Made by a program: the position numbers and the translations under genes | Source: Macrostomum hystrix | Lineage: Eukaryota; Animalia; Platyhelminthes | Reading direction: 5' to 3' | Assembly (NCBI GenBank): GCA_950097015.1 | Contig: CATNEN010000027.1 | Span: forward strand, 910,286-974,285 | Length of the DNA stretch: 64,000 nucleotides | Shown here: piece by piece, positions 21,801 to 34,445 of the stretch | Numbering within the stretch: position 1 is the first letter of the stretch | Layout of the letters: every line of letters begins with the position of its first letter | The notes under the pieces: generated by a model | Database searches by the model: none | The model's input: only the letters and a program-made list of their open reading frames with translations | What the model was told of the DNA's origin: nothing

Positions 21801-24040
21801 TCCAGGGAGAGAGAGTCGGTGTCTCCAGTGAGAGAGTCAGTGTCTCCAGTGAGAGAGAGTCCCAGTGTTTAGTGAGAGAGTTAGTGTCTCCAGTGAGAGA
21901 GAGTCGGTGTCTCCAGTGAGAGAGTCAGTGTCTCCAGTGAGAGAGAGTCGGTGTCTCCAGTGAGAGAGTCAGTGTCTCCAGTGAGAGAGTCAGTGTCTCC
22001 AGTGAGAGAGAGTCGGTGTCTCCAGTGAGAGAGTCAGTGTCTCCAGTGAGAGAGAGTCGGTGTCTCCGGTGAGAGAGTCAGTGTCTCCAGTGAGAGAGAG
22101 TCCCAGTGTTTAGTGAGAGAGTTAGTGTCTCCAATGAGAGAGAGTCGGTGTCTCCAGTGAGAGAGTCAGTGTCTCCAGGGAGAGAGAGTCGGTGTCTCCG
22201 GTGAGAGAGTCAGTGTCTCCAGTGAGAGAGTCACAGTGTTTAGTGAGAGAGTTAGTGTCTCCAGTGAGAGAGATTCGGTGTCTCCAGTGAGAGTCAGTGT
22301 CTCCAGTGAGAGAGAGTCGGTGTCTCCAGTGAGAGAGTCGGTGTCTCCAGTGAGAGAGTCGGTGTCTCCAGTGAGAGAGAGTCACAGGTGTTTAGTGAGA
22401 GAGTTAGTGTCTCCAGTGAGAGAGAGTCGGTGTCTCCAGTGAGAGAGTCAGTGTCTCCAGTGAGAGAGAGTCGGTGTCTCCAGTGAGAGAGAGTCCCAGT
22501 GTTTAGTGAGAGAGTTAGTGTCTCCAGTGAGAGAGAGTCGGTGTCTCCAGTGAGAGAGTCAGTGTCTCCAGTGAGAGAGTCAGTGTCTCCAGTGAGAGAG
22601 TCACAGTGTTTAGTGAGAGAGTTAGTGTCTCCAGTGAGAGAGATTCGGTGTCTCCAGTGAAAGTCAGTGTCTCCAGTGAGAGAGAGTCGGTGTCTCCAGT
22701 GAGAGAGAGTCGGTGTCTCCAGTGAGAGAGAGTCAGTGTCTCCAGTGAGAGAGAGTCGGTGTCTCCAGTGAGAGAGAGTCGGTGTCTCCAGTGAGAGAGA
22801 GTCAGTGTCTCCAGTGAGAGAGAGTCGGTGTCTCCAGTGAGAGTCAGTGTCTCCAGTGAGAGAGAGTCGGTGTCTCCAGTGAGAGTCAGTGTCTCCAGTG
22901 AGAGAGAGTCGGTGTCTCCAGTGAGAGTCAGTGTCTCCAGTGAGAGAGAGTCGGTGTCTCCAGTGAGAGAGAGTCACAGTGTTTAGTGAGAGAGTTAGTG
23001 TCTCCAGTGAGAGAGAGTCGGTGTCTCCAGTGAGAGAAAGTCGGTGTCTCCAGGGAGAGAGAGTCGGTGTCTCCAGTGAGAGAGAGTCCCAGTGTTTAGT
23101 GAGAGAGTTAGTGTCTCCAGTGAGAGAGAGCCAGTGTCTCCAGTGTGAGAGTCGGTGTCTCCAGTGAGAGAGTCAGTGTCTCCAGTGAGAGAGAGCCAGT
23201 GTCTCCAGTGTGAGAGTCGGTGTCTCCAGTGAGAGAGTCAGTGTCTCCAGTGAGAGAGAGTCGGTGTCTCCAGTGAGAGAGAGTCAGTGTCTCCAGTGAG
23301 AGAGAGTCGGTGTCTCCAGTGAGAGCCAGTGTCTCCAGTGAGAGAGAGTCGGTGTCTCCAGTGAGAGAGTCGGTGTCTCCAGTGAGAGTCAGTGTCTCCA
23401 GTGAGAGAGAGTCGGTGTCTCCAGTGAGAGAGAGTCAGTGTCTTCAGTGAGAGAGTCGGTGTCTTCAGTGAGAGAGTCGGTGTCTCCAGTGAGAGAGTCA
23501 GTGAGAGAGTCAGTGTCTCCAGTGAGAGAGAGTCGGTGTCTCCAGTGAGAGCCAGTGTCTCCAGTGAGAGAGAGTCGGTGTCTCCAGTGAGAGAGTCGGT
23601 GTCTCCAGTGAGAGAGAGTCGGTGTCTCCAGTGAGAGAGTCGGTGTCTCCAGTGAGAGTCAGTGTCTCCAGTGAGAGAGAGTCGGTGTCTCCAGTGAGAG
23701 AGAGTCAGTGTCTCCAGTGAGAGAGAGTCGGTGTCTCCAGTGAGAGCCAGTGTCTCCAGTGAGAGAGAGTCAGTGTCTCCAGTGAGAGAGTCGGTGTCTC
23801 CAGTGAGAGTCAGTGTCTCCAGTGAGAGAGAGTCGGTGTCTCCAGTGAGAGAGAGTCAGTGTCTCCAGTGAGAGAGAGTCGGTGTCTCCAGTGAGAGAGA
23901 GTCGGTGTCTCCAGTGAGAGAGAGTCAGTGTCTTCAGTGAGAGAGTCGGTGTCTCCAGTGAGAGAGTCAGTGAGAGAGTCAGTGTCTCCAGTGAGAGAGT
24001 CAGTGAGAGAGTCAGTGTCTCCAGTGAGAGAATCAGTATC
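18878..24040. repeat. 5.2-kb satellite of 19-23-bp units (GGTGTCTCCAGT(GA)nGTC) with CCCAGTGTTTAGTGAGAGAGTTA variant and higher-order duplications
   Basis: Direct inspection; identical ORF translations recur at offsets 2471 and 1686. Confidence 0.97.
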
Positions 24041-24529
24041 TTCAGAGAGAGGCGGTCCTTCAGCCCTACGTCAAGGCCAGCTTCTCTAGGTGGTGGTTTC
24101 CTGGAAATTTAATTAAAAATGAGTTCAGCCCTTGACGAAAGTGGCTTAAGTCCAAAAATATCGCTGAAAAGACCAATTAGCTATTCTTCCTGTTAAATTT
24201 AGTTTCCGTTTTATTTTCCGCTGATTGAATACGGTCTTTGTAAATTGAAATGGCTGTCAAAAACGTCATCATTTTGTTGAGTGGGAAATATTATATTAAA
24301 AGAGACACTATACTGCACTGTTCGTGTATTTTATCAAAGCCCGACAGATTAAAGACAGAAGACAAGATCTGGTTGTTACACTAGACTAGCCGACGCTATT
24401 GAAAATCTTATTAATTGCTGATTTAGACGAAATTGACACAATAATGTTTTTTGGCGTCTTCATTTATAAATAAACAGACGGTCAAAAATAGTTCTTTGGA
24501 TTATCGACTAGGGAAAAATATCAAAGCTC

Positions 24530-27507
24530 TTATCAACCTGAAGACCAGCGCTTCAGGAAAGCAGTTATCAACCTGAAGACCAGCGCTTCAGGAAAGCAGT
24601 TATCAACCTGAAGACCAGCGCTTCAGTAAAGCAGTTATCAACCTGAAAAACAGCGCTTCAGGAAAGCAGTTATCAACCTGAAGACCAGCGCTTCAGGAAA
24701 GCAGTTATCAACCTGAAGGACCAGCGCTTCAGGAGAGCAGTTATCAACCTGAAGACCAGCGCTTCAGGAAAGCAGTTATCAACCTGAAGGACCAGCGCTT
24801 CAGGAGAGCAGTTATCAACTTGAAGACCAGCGCTTCAGGAAAGCAGTTATCAACCTGAAGACCAGCGCTTCAGGAAAGCAGTTATCAACCTGAAGGACCA
24901 GCGCTTCAGGAAAGCAGTTATCAACCAGAAGACCAGCGTTTCAGGAAAGCAGTTATCAACCTGAAGACCAGCGTTTCAGGAAAGCAGTTATCAACCTGAA
25001 GACCAGTGATTCAGGAAAGCAGTTATCAACCTGAAGGACCAGCGCTTCAGGAAAGCAGTTATCAACCTGAAGACCAGTGATTCAGGAAAGCAGTTATCAA
25101 CCTGAAGGACCAGCGCTTCAGGAAAGCAGTTATCAACCTGAAGACCAGCGCTTCAGGAAAGCAGTTATCAACCTGAAGACCAGCGCTTCAGGAAAGCAGT
25201 TATCAACCTGAAGACCAGCGCTTCAGGAAAGCAGTTATCAACCTGAAGGACCAGCGCTCCAGGAGAGCAGTTATCAACCTGAAGACCAGCGCTTCAGGAA
25301 AGCAGTTATCAACCTGAAGACCAGCGCTTCAGGAAAGCAGTTATCAACTTGAAGACCAGCGCTTCAGGAAAGCAGTTATCAACCTGAAGACCAGCGCTTC
25401 AGGAGAGCAGTTATCAACCTGAAGGACCAGCGCTTCAGGAAAGCAGTTATCAACCAGAAGACCAGCGCTTCAGGAAAGCTCTTATCAACCTGAAGACCAG
25501 CGCTTCAGGAAAGCAGTTATCAACCTGAAGGACCAGCGCTTCAGGAGAGCAGTTATCAACCTGAAGACCAGCGCTTCAGGAAAGCAGTTATCAACCTGAA
25601 GACCAGCGCTTCAGGAAAGCAGTTATCAACTTGAAGACCAGCGCTTCAGGAAAGCAGTTATCAACCTGAAGACCAGCGCTTCAGGAGAGCAGTTATCAAC
25701 CTGAAGGACCAGCGCTTCAGGAAAGCAGTTATCAACCAGAAGACCAGCGCTTCAGGAAAGCTCTTATCAACCAGAAGACCAGTAATTCAGGAAAGCAGTT
25801 ATCAACCTGAAGGACCAGCGCTTCAGGAAAGCAGTTATCAACCTGAAGGACCAGCGCTTCAGGAAAGCTCTTATCAACCAGAAGACCAGTGATTCAGGAA
25901 AGCTCTTATCAACCAGAAGACCAGTGATTCAGGAAAGCAGTTATCAACCTGAAGGACCAGCGCTTCAGGAAAGCAGTTATCAACCTGAAGGACCAGCGCT
26001 TCAGGAAAGCTCTTATCAACCAGAAGACCAGTGATTCAGGAAAGCAGTTATCAACTTGAAGACCAGCGCTTCAGGAGAGCAGTTATCAACCTGAAGACCA
26101 GTGATTCAGGAAAGCAGTTATCAACCTGAAGGACCAGCGCTTCAGGAGAGCAGTTATCAACCTGAAGACCAGCGCTTCAGGAGAGCAGTTATCAACCTGA
26201 AGACCAGCGCTTCAGGAAAGCAGTTATCAACATGACGACCAGCGCTTCAGGAAAGCAGTTATCAACCTGAAGGACCAGCGCTTCAGGAAAGCAGTTATCA
26301 ACCTGAAGACCAGCGCTTCAGGAAAGCAGTTATCAACCTGAAGACCAGCGCTTCAGGAAAGCAGTTATCAACCTGAAGACCAGCGCTTCAGGAAAGCAGT
26401 TATCAACCTGAAGGACCAGCGCTTCAGGAGAGCAGTTATCAACCTGAAGACCAGCGCTTCAGGAAAGCAGTTATCAACCTGAAGACCAGCGCTTCAGGAA
26501 AGCAGTTATCAACCTGAAGGACCAGCGCTTCAGGAAAGCTCTTATCAACCAGAAGACCAGTGATTCAGGAAAGCTCTTATCAACCAGAAGACCAGTGATT
26601 CAGGAAAGCAGTTATCAACCTGAAGGACCAGCGCTTCAGGAGAGCAGTTATCAACCTGAAGACCAGCGCTTCAGGAAAGCAGTTATCAACCTGAAGACCA
26701 GCGCTTCAGGAAAGCAGTTATCAACTTGAAGACCAGCGCTTCAGGAAAGCAGTTATCAACCTGAAGACCAGCGCTTCAGGAAAGCAGTTATCAACCAGAA
26801 GACCAGCGCTTCAGGAAAGCTCTTATCAACCAGAAGACCAGTGATTCAGGAAAGCAGTTATCAACCTGAAGGACCAGCGCTTCAGGAGAGCAGTTATCAA
26901 CTTGAAGACCAGCGCTTCAGGAGAGCAGTTATCAACTTGAAGACCAGCGCTTCAGGAAAGCAGTTATCAACCTGAAGACCAGCGCTTCAGGAGAGCAGTT
27001 ATCAACTTGAAGACCAGTGATTCAGGAAAGCAGTTATCAACCTGAAGGACCAGCGCTTCAGGAGAGCAGTTATCAACCTGAAGACCAGTGATTCAGGAGA
27101 GCAGTTATCAACTTGAAGACCAGCGCTTCAGGAGAGCAGTTATCAACTTGAAGACCAGCGCTTCAGGAAAGCAGTTATCAACCTGAAGACCAGCGCTTCA
27201 GGAGAGCAGTTATCAACTTGAAGACCAGTGATTCAGGAAAGCAGTTATCAACCTGAAGGACCAGCGCTTCAGGAGAGCAGTTATCAACCTGAAGACCAGT
27301 GATTCAGGAGAGCAGTTATCAACTTGAAGACCAGCGCTTCAGGAAAGCAGTTATCAACCTGAAGACCAGCGCTTCAGGAAAGCAGTTATCAACCTGAAGA
27401 CCAGCGCTTCAGGAGAGCAGTTATCAACTTGAAGACCAGTGATTCAGGAAAGCAGTTATCAACCTGAAGGACCAGTGCTTCAGGAGAGCAGTTATCAACC
27501 TGAAGGT
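24530..27507. repeat. 35/36-bp minisatellite (AGCAGTTATCAACCTGAAGACCAGCGCTTCAGGAA), about 84 copies, each with a 7-bp stem and 7-nt loop
   Basis: CCTGAAG-ACCAGCG-CTTCAGG inverted repeat in the unit; head-to-tail with no spacers. Confidence 0.97.
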
Positions 27508-28494
27508 TATCAACAGGTGGCTGTTAAGAAGCTGGTCTATTTCATAAAGTCTTCTTTGTCGATAAGCAGATAAACAGTTGGTCATAAACGCATCTCTAGA
27601 CGGACAAAGTCAGACAAATCGTTTTCTTCTAGTAGTTTTTCTAATCTCCAATAATTGCAGCAATAATGAAAAAATTGGAGGCTGAAATGGCGCCTGCACC
27701 TGCGAAAACAATTTAGAGATTATGGCAAAAGGTCGCAACGATTTCACAGCTGCATAACAATTTTGAAATTTTCCTTCAAACTTCAAGCTTTTTCCACACT
27801 CAAATGTCTAAAACGCGATTCCAAAGTTACCTGAGAGTTAATGCGACGAAAATTTTCAAATACGTGCAACTCAAACGAGCATGTCACTTAAAAATCCACA
27901 TATTTCTCTTCAAAAAATCCAAATCTTTCTCTCTACTGAAGTCGTTCTTGAAATTATAATAGAAGCGACTAAGTTTAACAGATTTTTGAAACTGGTTAGT
28001 CAGTAAAGTCTCTGAATCCTGAATTTGAATTTGAATTTGAATTCTCAAATACATTTTGTTGTATCTGAAGGTAGTGTTAGAAAGGTAAGTAGTACTACGG
28101 GTAGAAACGGACATTCTTTTCTAGACCTTTTCAATAGGCTTCTAACGTCACTTTCCAGCTAGTGCTCGCATATTTCTGTCTACGACACTGCCTGCAACTC
28201 TGAGCTAATGCACTTTAGGAAGTAATAGACGCGATCGAGACACGCAACAGGTCGGCCGCGCGCTGGGACTAAATATTTTTAGGAACAACTAGCAACAAAG
28301 ACCCCATGGGGGAAGCAAATCACGCTTTACACCAGGGAAGAGGAATAATTAAAAATATGAAAGTTCAATACTATGATTATCTTTTCTTGATATCACCTCG
28401 ATGAATCATACTAACCCTTTGATATATCACGCTATCCCTTGACAAAGCTTGCTACTCCATCTACAATTTATTCTACCCTCTCAATTTATGCTTC

Positions 28495-30615
28495 CCCACG
28501 ATAATTCATCCTTCCCCTCGATAACTCATACTTCCCCTCAATAACTCATGCTTCCCCTCAATAAATCATGCTTCCCCTCAATTACTCATGCTTCCCCTCG
28601 ATAACTCATGCTTCCCCTCAATAAAACATGCTTCCCCTCAATAGTTCATGCTTCCCCTCAATACCTCATGCTTCCCCTCAATAAATCATGCTTCCCCTCA
28701 ATAACTCATGCTTCCCCTCAATAGTTCATGCTTCCCCTCAATAACTCATGCTTCCCCTCAATAACTCATGCTTCCCCTCAATAAATCATGCTTCCCCTCA
28801 ATAGTTCATGCTTCCCCTCAATAAATCATGCTTCCCCTCAATAGTTCATGCTTCCCCTCAATAACTCATGCTTCCCCTCAATAACTCATGCTTCCCCTCA
28901 ATAAATCATACTTCCCCTCAATAACTCATGCTTCCCCTCAATAAATCATGCTTCCCCTCAATAACTCATGCTTCCCCTCAATAGTTCATGCTTCCCCTCA
29001 ATAAATCATGCTTCCCCTCAATAACTCATGCTTCCCCTCAATAGTTCATGCTTCCCCTCAATAACTCATGCTTCCCCTCAATAAATCATGCTTCCCCTCA
29101 ATAACTCATGCTTCCCCTCAATAGTTCATGCTTCCCCTCAATAACTCATGCTTCCCCTCAATAAATCATGCTTCCCCTCAATAACTCATGCTTCCCCTCA
29201 ATAAATCATGCTTCCCCTCAATAACTCATGCTTCCCCTCAATAAATCATGCTTCCCCTCAATAACTCATGCTTCCCCTCAATAGTTCATGCTTCCCCTCA
29301 TTAAATCATGCTTCCCCTCAATAGTTCATGCTTCCCCTCAATAACTCATGCTTCCCCTCAATAAATCATGCTTCCCCTCAATAACTCATGCTTCCCCTCA
29401 ATAAATCATGCTTCCCCTCAATAAATCGTGCTTCCCCTCAATAGTTCATGCTTCCCCTCAATAAAACATGCTTCCCCTCAATAAATCATGCTTCCCCTCA
29501 ATAAATCGTGCTTCCCCTCAATAGTTCATGCTTCCCCTCAATAAATCATGCTTCCCCTCAATAGTTCATGCTTCCCCTCAATAGTTCATGCTTCCCCTCA
29601 ATAAAACATGCTTCCCCTCAATAGTTCATGCTTCCCCTCAATAAAACATGCTTCCCCTCAATAGTTCATGCTTCCCCTCAATAGTTCATGCTTCCCCTCA
29701 ATAGTTCATGCTTCCCCTCAATAGTTCATGCTTCCCCTCAATAGTTCATGCTTCCCCTCAATAAATCATGCTTCCCCTCAATAAATCATGCTTCCCCTCA
29801 ATAACTCATGCTTCCCCTCAATAAATCATGCTTCCCCTCAATAACTCATGCTTCCCCTCAATAAATCATGCTTCCCCTCAATAAATCATGCTTCCCCTCA
29901 ATAGTTCATGCTTCCCCTCAATAGTTCATGCTTCCCCTCAATAAAACATGCTTCCCCTCAATAGTTCATGCTTCCCCTCAATAGTTCATGCTTCCCCTCA
30001 ATAGTTCATGCTTCCCCTCAATAAAACATGCTTCCCCTCAATAGTTCATGCTTCCCCTCAATAGTTCATGCTTCCCCTCAATAAATCATGCTTCCCCTCA
30101 ATAGTTCATGCTTCCCCTCAATAAATCATGCTTCCCCTCAATAACTCATGCTTCCCCTCAATAGTTCATGCTTCCCCTCAATAAATCATGCTTCCCCTCA
30201 ATAACTCATGCTTCCCCTCAATAGTTCATGCTTCCCCTCAATAACTCATGCTTCCCCTCAATAAATCATGCTTCCCCTCAATAACTCATGCTTCCCCTCA
30301 ATAGTTCATGCTTCCCCTCAATAAATCATGCTTCCCCTCAATAGTTCATGCTTCCCCTCAATAGTTCATGCTTCCCCTCAATAGTTCATGCTTCCCCTCA
30401 ATAGTTCATGCTTCCCCTCAATAGTTCATGCTTCCCCTCAATAAATCATGCTTCCCCTCAATAACTCATGCTTCCCCTCAATAACTCATGCTTCCCCTCA
30501 ATAAATCATGCTTCCCCTCAATAACTCATGCTTCCCCTCAATAACTCATGCTTCCCCTCAATAAATCATGCTTCCCCTCAATAATTCATGCTAACCCTTC
30601 GATAAATCATGCTTC
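28495..30615. repeat. 20-bp minisatellite CTTCCCCTCAATA[ACT/AAT/GTT/AAA]CATG, about 105 copies
   Basis: Exact 20-bp phasing across the block. Confidence 0.97.
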
Positions 30616-30906
30616 CCTCTTTAATAAATCATTCTATCGTCTTGAAAAACTTTCCCCTGAAATATTACCTAAAAATCCGTTTCTTTCTCCTGGAAATCTC
30701 ATGCAATCTCTTCAAGAAATCAAGATATTCCCTAGATATCTATTGCTTTTCCCCACAAATTCCATGCAACTGACTTGATATCTCATGCCGCTATCCATTT
30801 ATATCCAACGCTATATTCTTGAATTTCATGTTCTTTTAGCTATGCTCAACATATGTTTTCTAGTTCTGAATTTGATAACGCTTGCAGCTATGAGCTATGC
30901 TGGAAA

Positions 30907-30963
30907 ATTGGCGTTTAATTGGCGTTTAATTGGCGTTTAATTGGCGTTTAATTGGCGTTAATT
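30907..30963. repeat. 11-bp tandem repeat (AATTGGCGTTT) x5
   Basis: Direct inspection. Confidence 0.9.
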
Positions 30964-31274
30964 CGAATGGTGCTGGGGCTATACTCGAAAGAAACGTCTA
31001 AATTTGAAAATAATAAGGCCACTAGCCATTCTCAAACTTATATATTTTTACTTTAGAATATAATAACGATTGCAGCAATGCTTAAAAACTTTTCTCTAGC
31101 TTTAATTACTCGTAGAATAGTGATGACAGGTATGCTAAAAACGTCACACTTTAAAAAGAATAACGTTAATAGCTATGCTTCAGATATTATCGTATAGTTG
31201 TAATTACGCTTGCAGCTATGCTCGAAAAATCTAGTACTTTTATATAGTACTTTTAGTATAATTGATTTTTGCAG

Positions 31275-31375
31275 ACAGACTTAATTGGCGACTTAAACAA
31301 AGGATTGGAAAGTGCAGGCAGCAGATCTGCATGGTCGCTAGCGACTGTTATAAACGACTGTGAAATTGTTTTTGG
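31275..31375 (+). CDS. Candidate orphan exon (TDLIGDLNKGLESAGSRSAWSLATVINDCEIVF)
   Basis: Acceptor attgatttttgcAG, donor gg|GTAATT, open frame; partner exons not identified. Confidence 0.3.
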
Positions 31376-31682
31376 GTAATTTAATTGGCCAAAAAACTAG
31401 CAAACGGAGGCGTGAGCAGCAGCAGCCCAGGTTGAGACGGGCGTAAACAGACTGCAGTACTTTAGCCGAAAATTAAGTCACAAAAGCCTGCCTAGTTATG
31501 AGCAACTGCAGACATGCAAATCATAATCCGCGTACAGACTAATCGACCATTTTTGCCGCCAGTTACTTGCCCAATCAAGAATAATGTTTTCAACCTGTGT
31601 ATGCAGAATTATTATTGATTGGCGAAAGTGCTATCAGTTGGAGATTTCTAATTTGCACCAGACAGTCAAAATAGAGAGTCAA

Positions 31683-34088
31683 GCTGAACTGTAGCTTGTC
31701 AAAGTGCTGCCTGCTGAACTGTAGCTTGTCAAAGTGTGCCTGCTGAACTGTAGCTTGTCAAAGTGTGCCTGCTGAACTGTAGCTTGTCAAAGTGAGCCTG
31801 CTGAACTGTAGCTTGTCAAAGTGCTGCCTGCTGAACTGTAGCTTGTCAAAGTGCTGCCTGCTGAACTGTAGCTTGTCAAAGTGTGCCTGCTGAACTGTAG
31901 CTTGTCAAAGTGTGCCTGCTGAACTGTAGCTTTTCGAAGTGCTGCCTGCTGAACTGTAGCTTGTCGAAGTGCTGCCTGCTGAACTGTAGGTAGCTTATCG
32001 AAGTGCTGCCTGCTGAACTGTAGCTTGTCGAAGTGCTGCCTGCTGATCTGTAGCTTGTCAAAGTGTGCCTGCTGAACTGTAGCTTTTCGAAGTGCTGCCT
32101 GCTGAACTGTAGCTTGTCGAAGTGTGCCTGCTGAACTGTAGCTTGTCGAAGTGTGCCTGCTGAACTGTAGCTTGTCGAAGTGTGCCTGCTGAACTGTAGC
32201 TTGTCGAAGTGTGCTGGCTGAACTGTAGCTTGTCAAAGTGTGCCTGCTGAACTGTAGCTTGTCGAAGTGTGCTTTCTGAACTGTAGCTTGTCGAAGTGTG
32301 CTGGCTGAACTGTAGCTTGTCGAAGTGCTGCCTGCTGAACTGTAGCTTGTCAAAGTGCTGCCTGCTGAACTGTAGCTTGTCAAAGTGTGCCTGCTGATCT
32401 GTAGCTTGTCGAAGTGTGCTGGCTGAACTGTAGCTTGTCGAAGTGTGCTTGCTGAACTGTAGCTTGTCAAAGTGTGCCTGCTGAACTGTAGCTTGTCAAA
32501 GTGTGCCTGCTGAACTGTAGCTTGTCGAAGTGCTGCCTGCTGAACTGTAGGTAGCTTATCGAAGTGCTGCCTGCTGAACTGTAGCTTGTCGAAGTGCTGC
32601 CTGCTGATCTGTAGCTTGTCAAAGTGTGCCTGCTGAACTGTAGCTTTTCGAAGTGCTGCCTGCTGAACTGTAGCTTGTCGAAGTGTGCCTGCTGAACTGT
32701 AGCTTGTCGAAGTGTGCCTGCTGAACTGTAGCTTGTCGAAGTGTGCCTGCTGAACTGTAGCTTGTCGAAGTGTGCTGGCTGAACTGTAGCTTGTCAAAGT
32801 GTGCCTGCTGAACTGTAGCTTGTCGAAGTGTGCTTTCTGAACTGTAGCTTGTCGAAGTGTGCTGGCTGAACTGTAGCTTGTCGAAGTGCTGCCTGCTGAA
32901 CTGTAGCTTGTCAAAGTGCTGCCTGCTGAACTGTAGCTTGTCAAAGTGTGCCTGCTGATCTGTAGCTTGTCGAAGTGTGCTGGCTGAACTGTAGCTTGTC
33001 GAAGTGTGCTTGCTGAACTGTAGCTTGTCAAAGTGTGCCTGCTGAACTGTAGCTTGTCAAAGTGTGCCTGCTGAACTGTAGCTTGTCAAAGTGTGCCTGC
33101 TGATCTGTAGCTTGTCGAAGTGTGCCTGCTGAACTGTAGCTTGTCGAAGTGTGCCTGCTGAACTGTAGCTTGTCAAAGTGTGCCTGCTGAACTGTAGCTT
33201 GTCGAAGTGTGCCTGCTGAACTGTAGCTTGTCAAAGTGTGCCTGCTGAACTGTAGCTTGTCGAAGTGTGCCTGCTGAACTGTAGCTTGTCGAAGTGTGCT
33301 TTCTGAACTGTAGCTTGTCGAAGTGTGCTGGCTGAACTGTAGCTTGTCGAAGTGCTGCCTGCTGAACTGTAGCTTGTCAAAGTGCTGCCTGCTGAACTGT
33401 AGCTTGTCAAAGTGTGCCTGCTGATCTGTAGCTTGTCGAAGTGTGCTGGCTGAACTGTAGCTTGTCGAAGTGTGCTTGCTGAACTGTAGCTTGTCAAAGT
33501 GTGCCTGCTGAACTGTAGCTTGTCAAAGTGTGCCTGCTGAACTGTAGCTTGTCAAAGTGTGCCTGCTGATCTGTAGCTTGTCGAAGTGTGCCTGCTGAAC
33601 TGTAGCTTGTCGAAGTGTGCCTGCTGAACTGTAGCTTGTCAAAGTGTGCCTGCTGAACTGTAGCTTGTCGAAGTGTGCCTGCTGAACTGTAGCTTGTCAA
33701 AGTGTGCCTGCTGAACTGTAGCTTGTCGAAGTGTGCCTGCTGAACTGTAGCTTGTCGAAATGTGCTGGCTGAACTGTAGCTTGTCGAAGTGTGCCTGCTG
33801 AACTGTAGCTTGTCGAAGTGTGCCTGCTGAACTGTAGCTTGTCGAAGTGTGCCTGCTGAACTGTAGCTTGTCGAAGTGTGCCTGCTGAACTGTAGCTTGT
33901 CGAAGTGTGCCTGCTGAACTGTAGCTTGTCAAAGTGTGCCTGCTGAACTGTAGCTTGTCGAAATGTGCTGGCTGAACTGTAGCTTGTCGAAGTGTGCTGG
34001 CTGAACTGTAGCTTGTCGAAGTGTGCTTGCTGAACTGTAGCTTGTCGAAATGTGCTGGCTGAACTGTAGCTTGTCGAAGTGTGCTTGC
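31683..34088. repeat. 29/30-bp minisatellite (GCTGAACTGTAGCTTGTCGAAGTGTGCCT), about 82 copies
   Basis: Period 29 by inspection; internal 561-bp duplication. Confidence 0.97.
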
Positions 34089-34214
34089 ATTTTAGTCAAA
34101 ATTGACATGCGTCAAGCTGAACTTTTTGGATTTATAACAATCAGCTGTGTAGATTTTAGCTTGCGGTTAAACTTTAAATGTAACATGTTTATCTCATAAA
34201 CAGTAGAAAAACAA

Positions 34215-34445
34215 CGGGGGTATTTCAAATACCCAATTATTTTCTTTTTCTTTGTCTGCTAAAATATTTAACCGATCGCCATAAAAATGCAGAGCACGGG
34301 CTAAAATTTTGCGCTCTATCCGATGAAACAACTTCCAGAATCACAAGACATCGGCATCGTGAAGATATTCAACGATTCTCTTCAGGATGTCTGGTGGCAA
34401 TAACTACCAATGAGAGAGTGTTTTTGTTCACAAAATTGTATCATG
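34215..34445 (+). mobile_element. Dispersed repeat, copy 2 (homologous to 13690-13915)
   Basis: Same conserved runs as copy 1, diverged by many substitutions. Confidence 0.65.

Noticed and set aside
19651-23167. Multiple HWRH/ETLTLS ORFs
   Set aside because: Satellite translations, duplicated together with the higher-order blocks.
24530-27507. CRISPR array (35-36-bp palindromic repeat)
   Set aside because: Units are head-to-tail with no unique spacers, there are no cas genes, and the context is eukaryotic with spliced genes.
28495-30615. AACT/AGTT micro-inversion switch within the 20-bp unit
   Set aside because: Flanks are not inverted repeats; two transitions explain the variant equally well.
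31787-33932. 414-aa and neighbouring minus-strand ORFs
   Set aside because: Stop-free readings of the 29/30-bp minisatellite with no ATG context or unique sequence.
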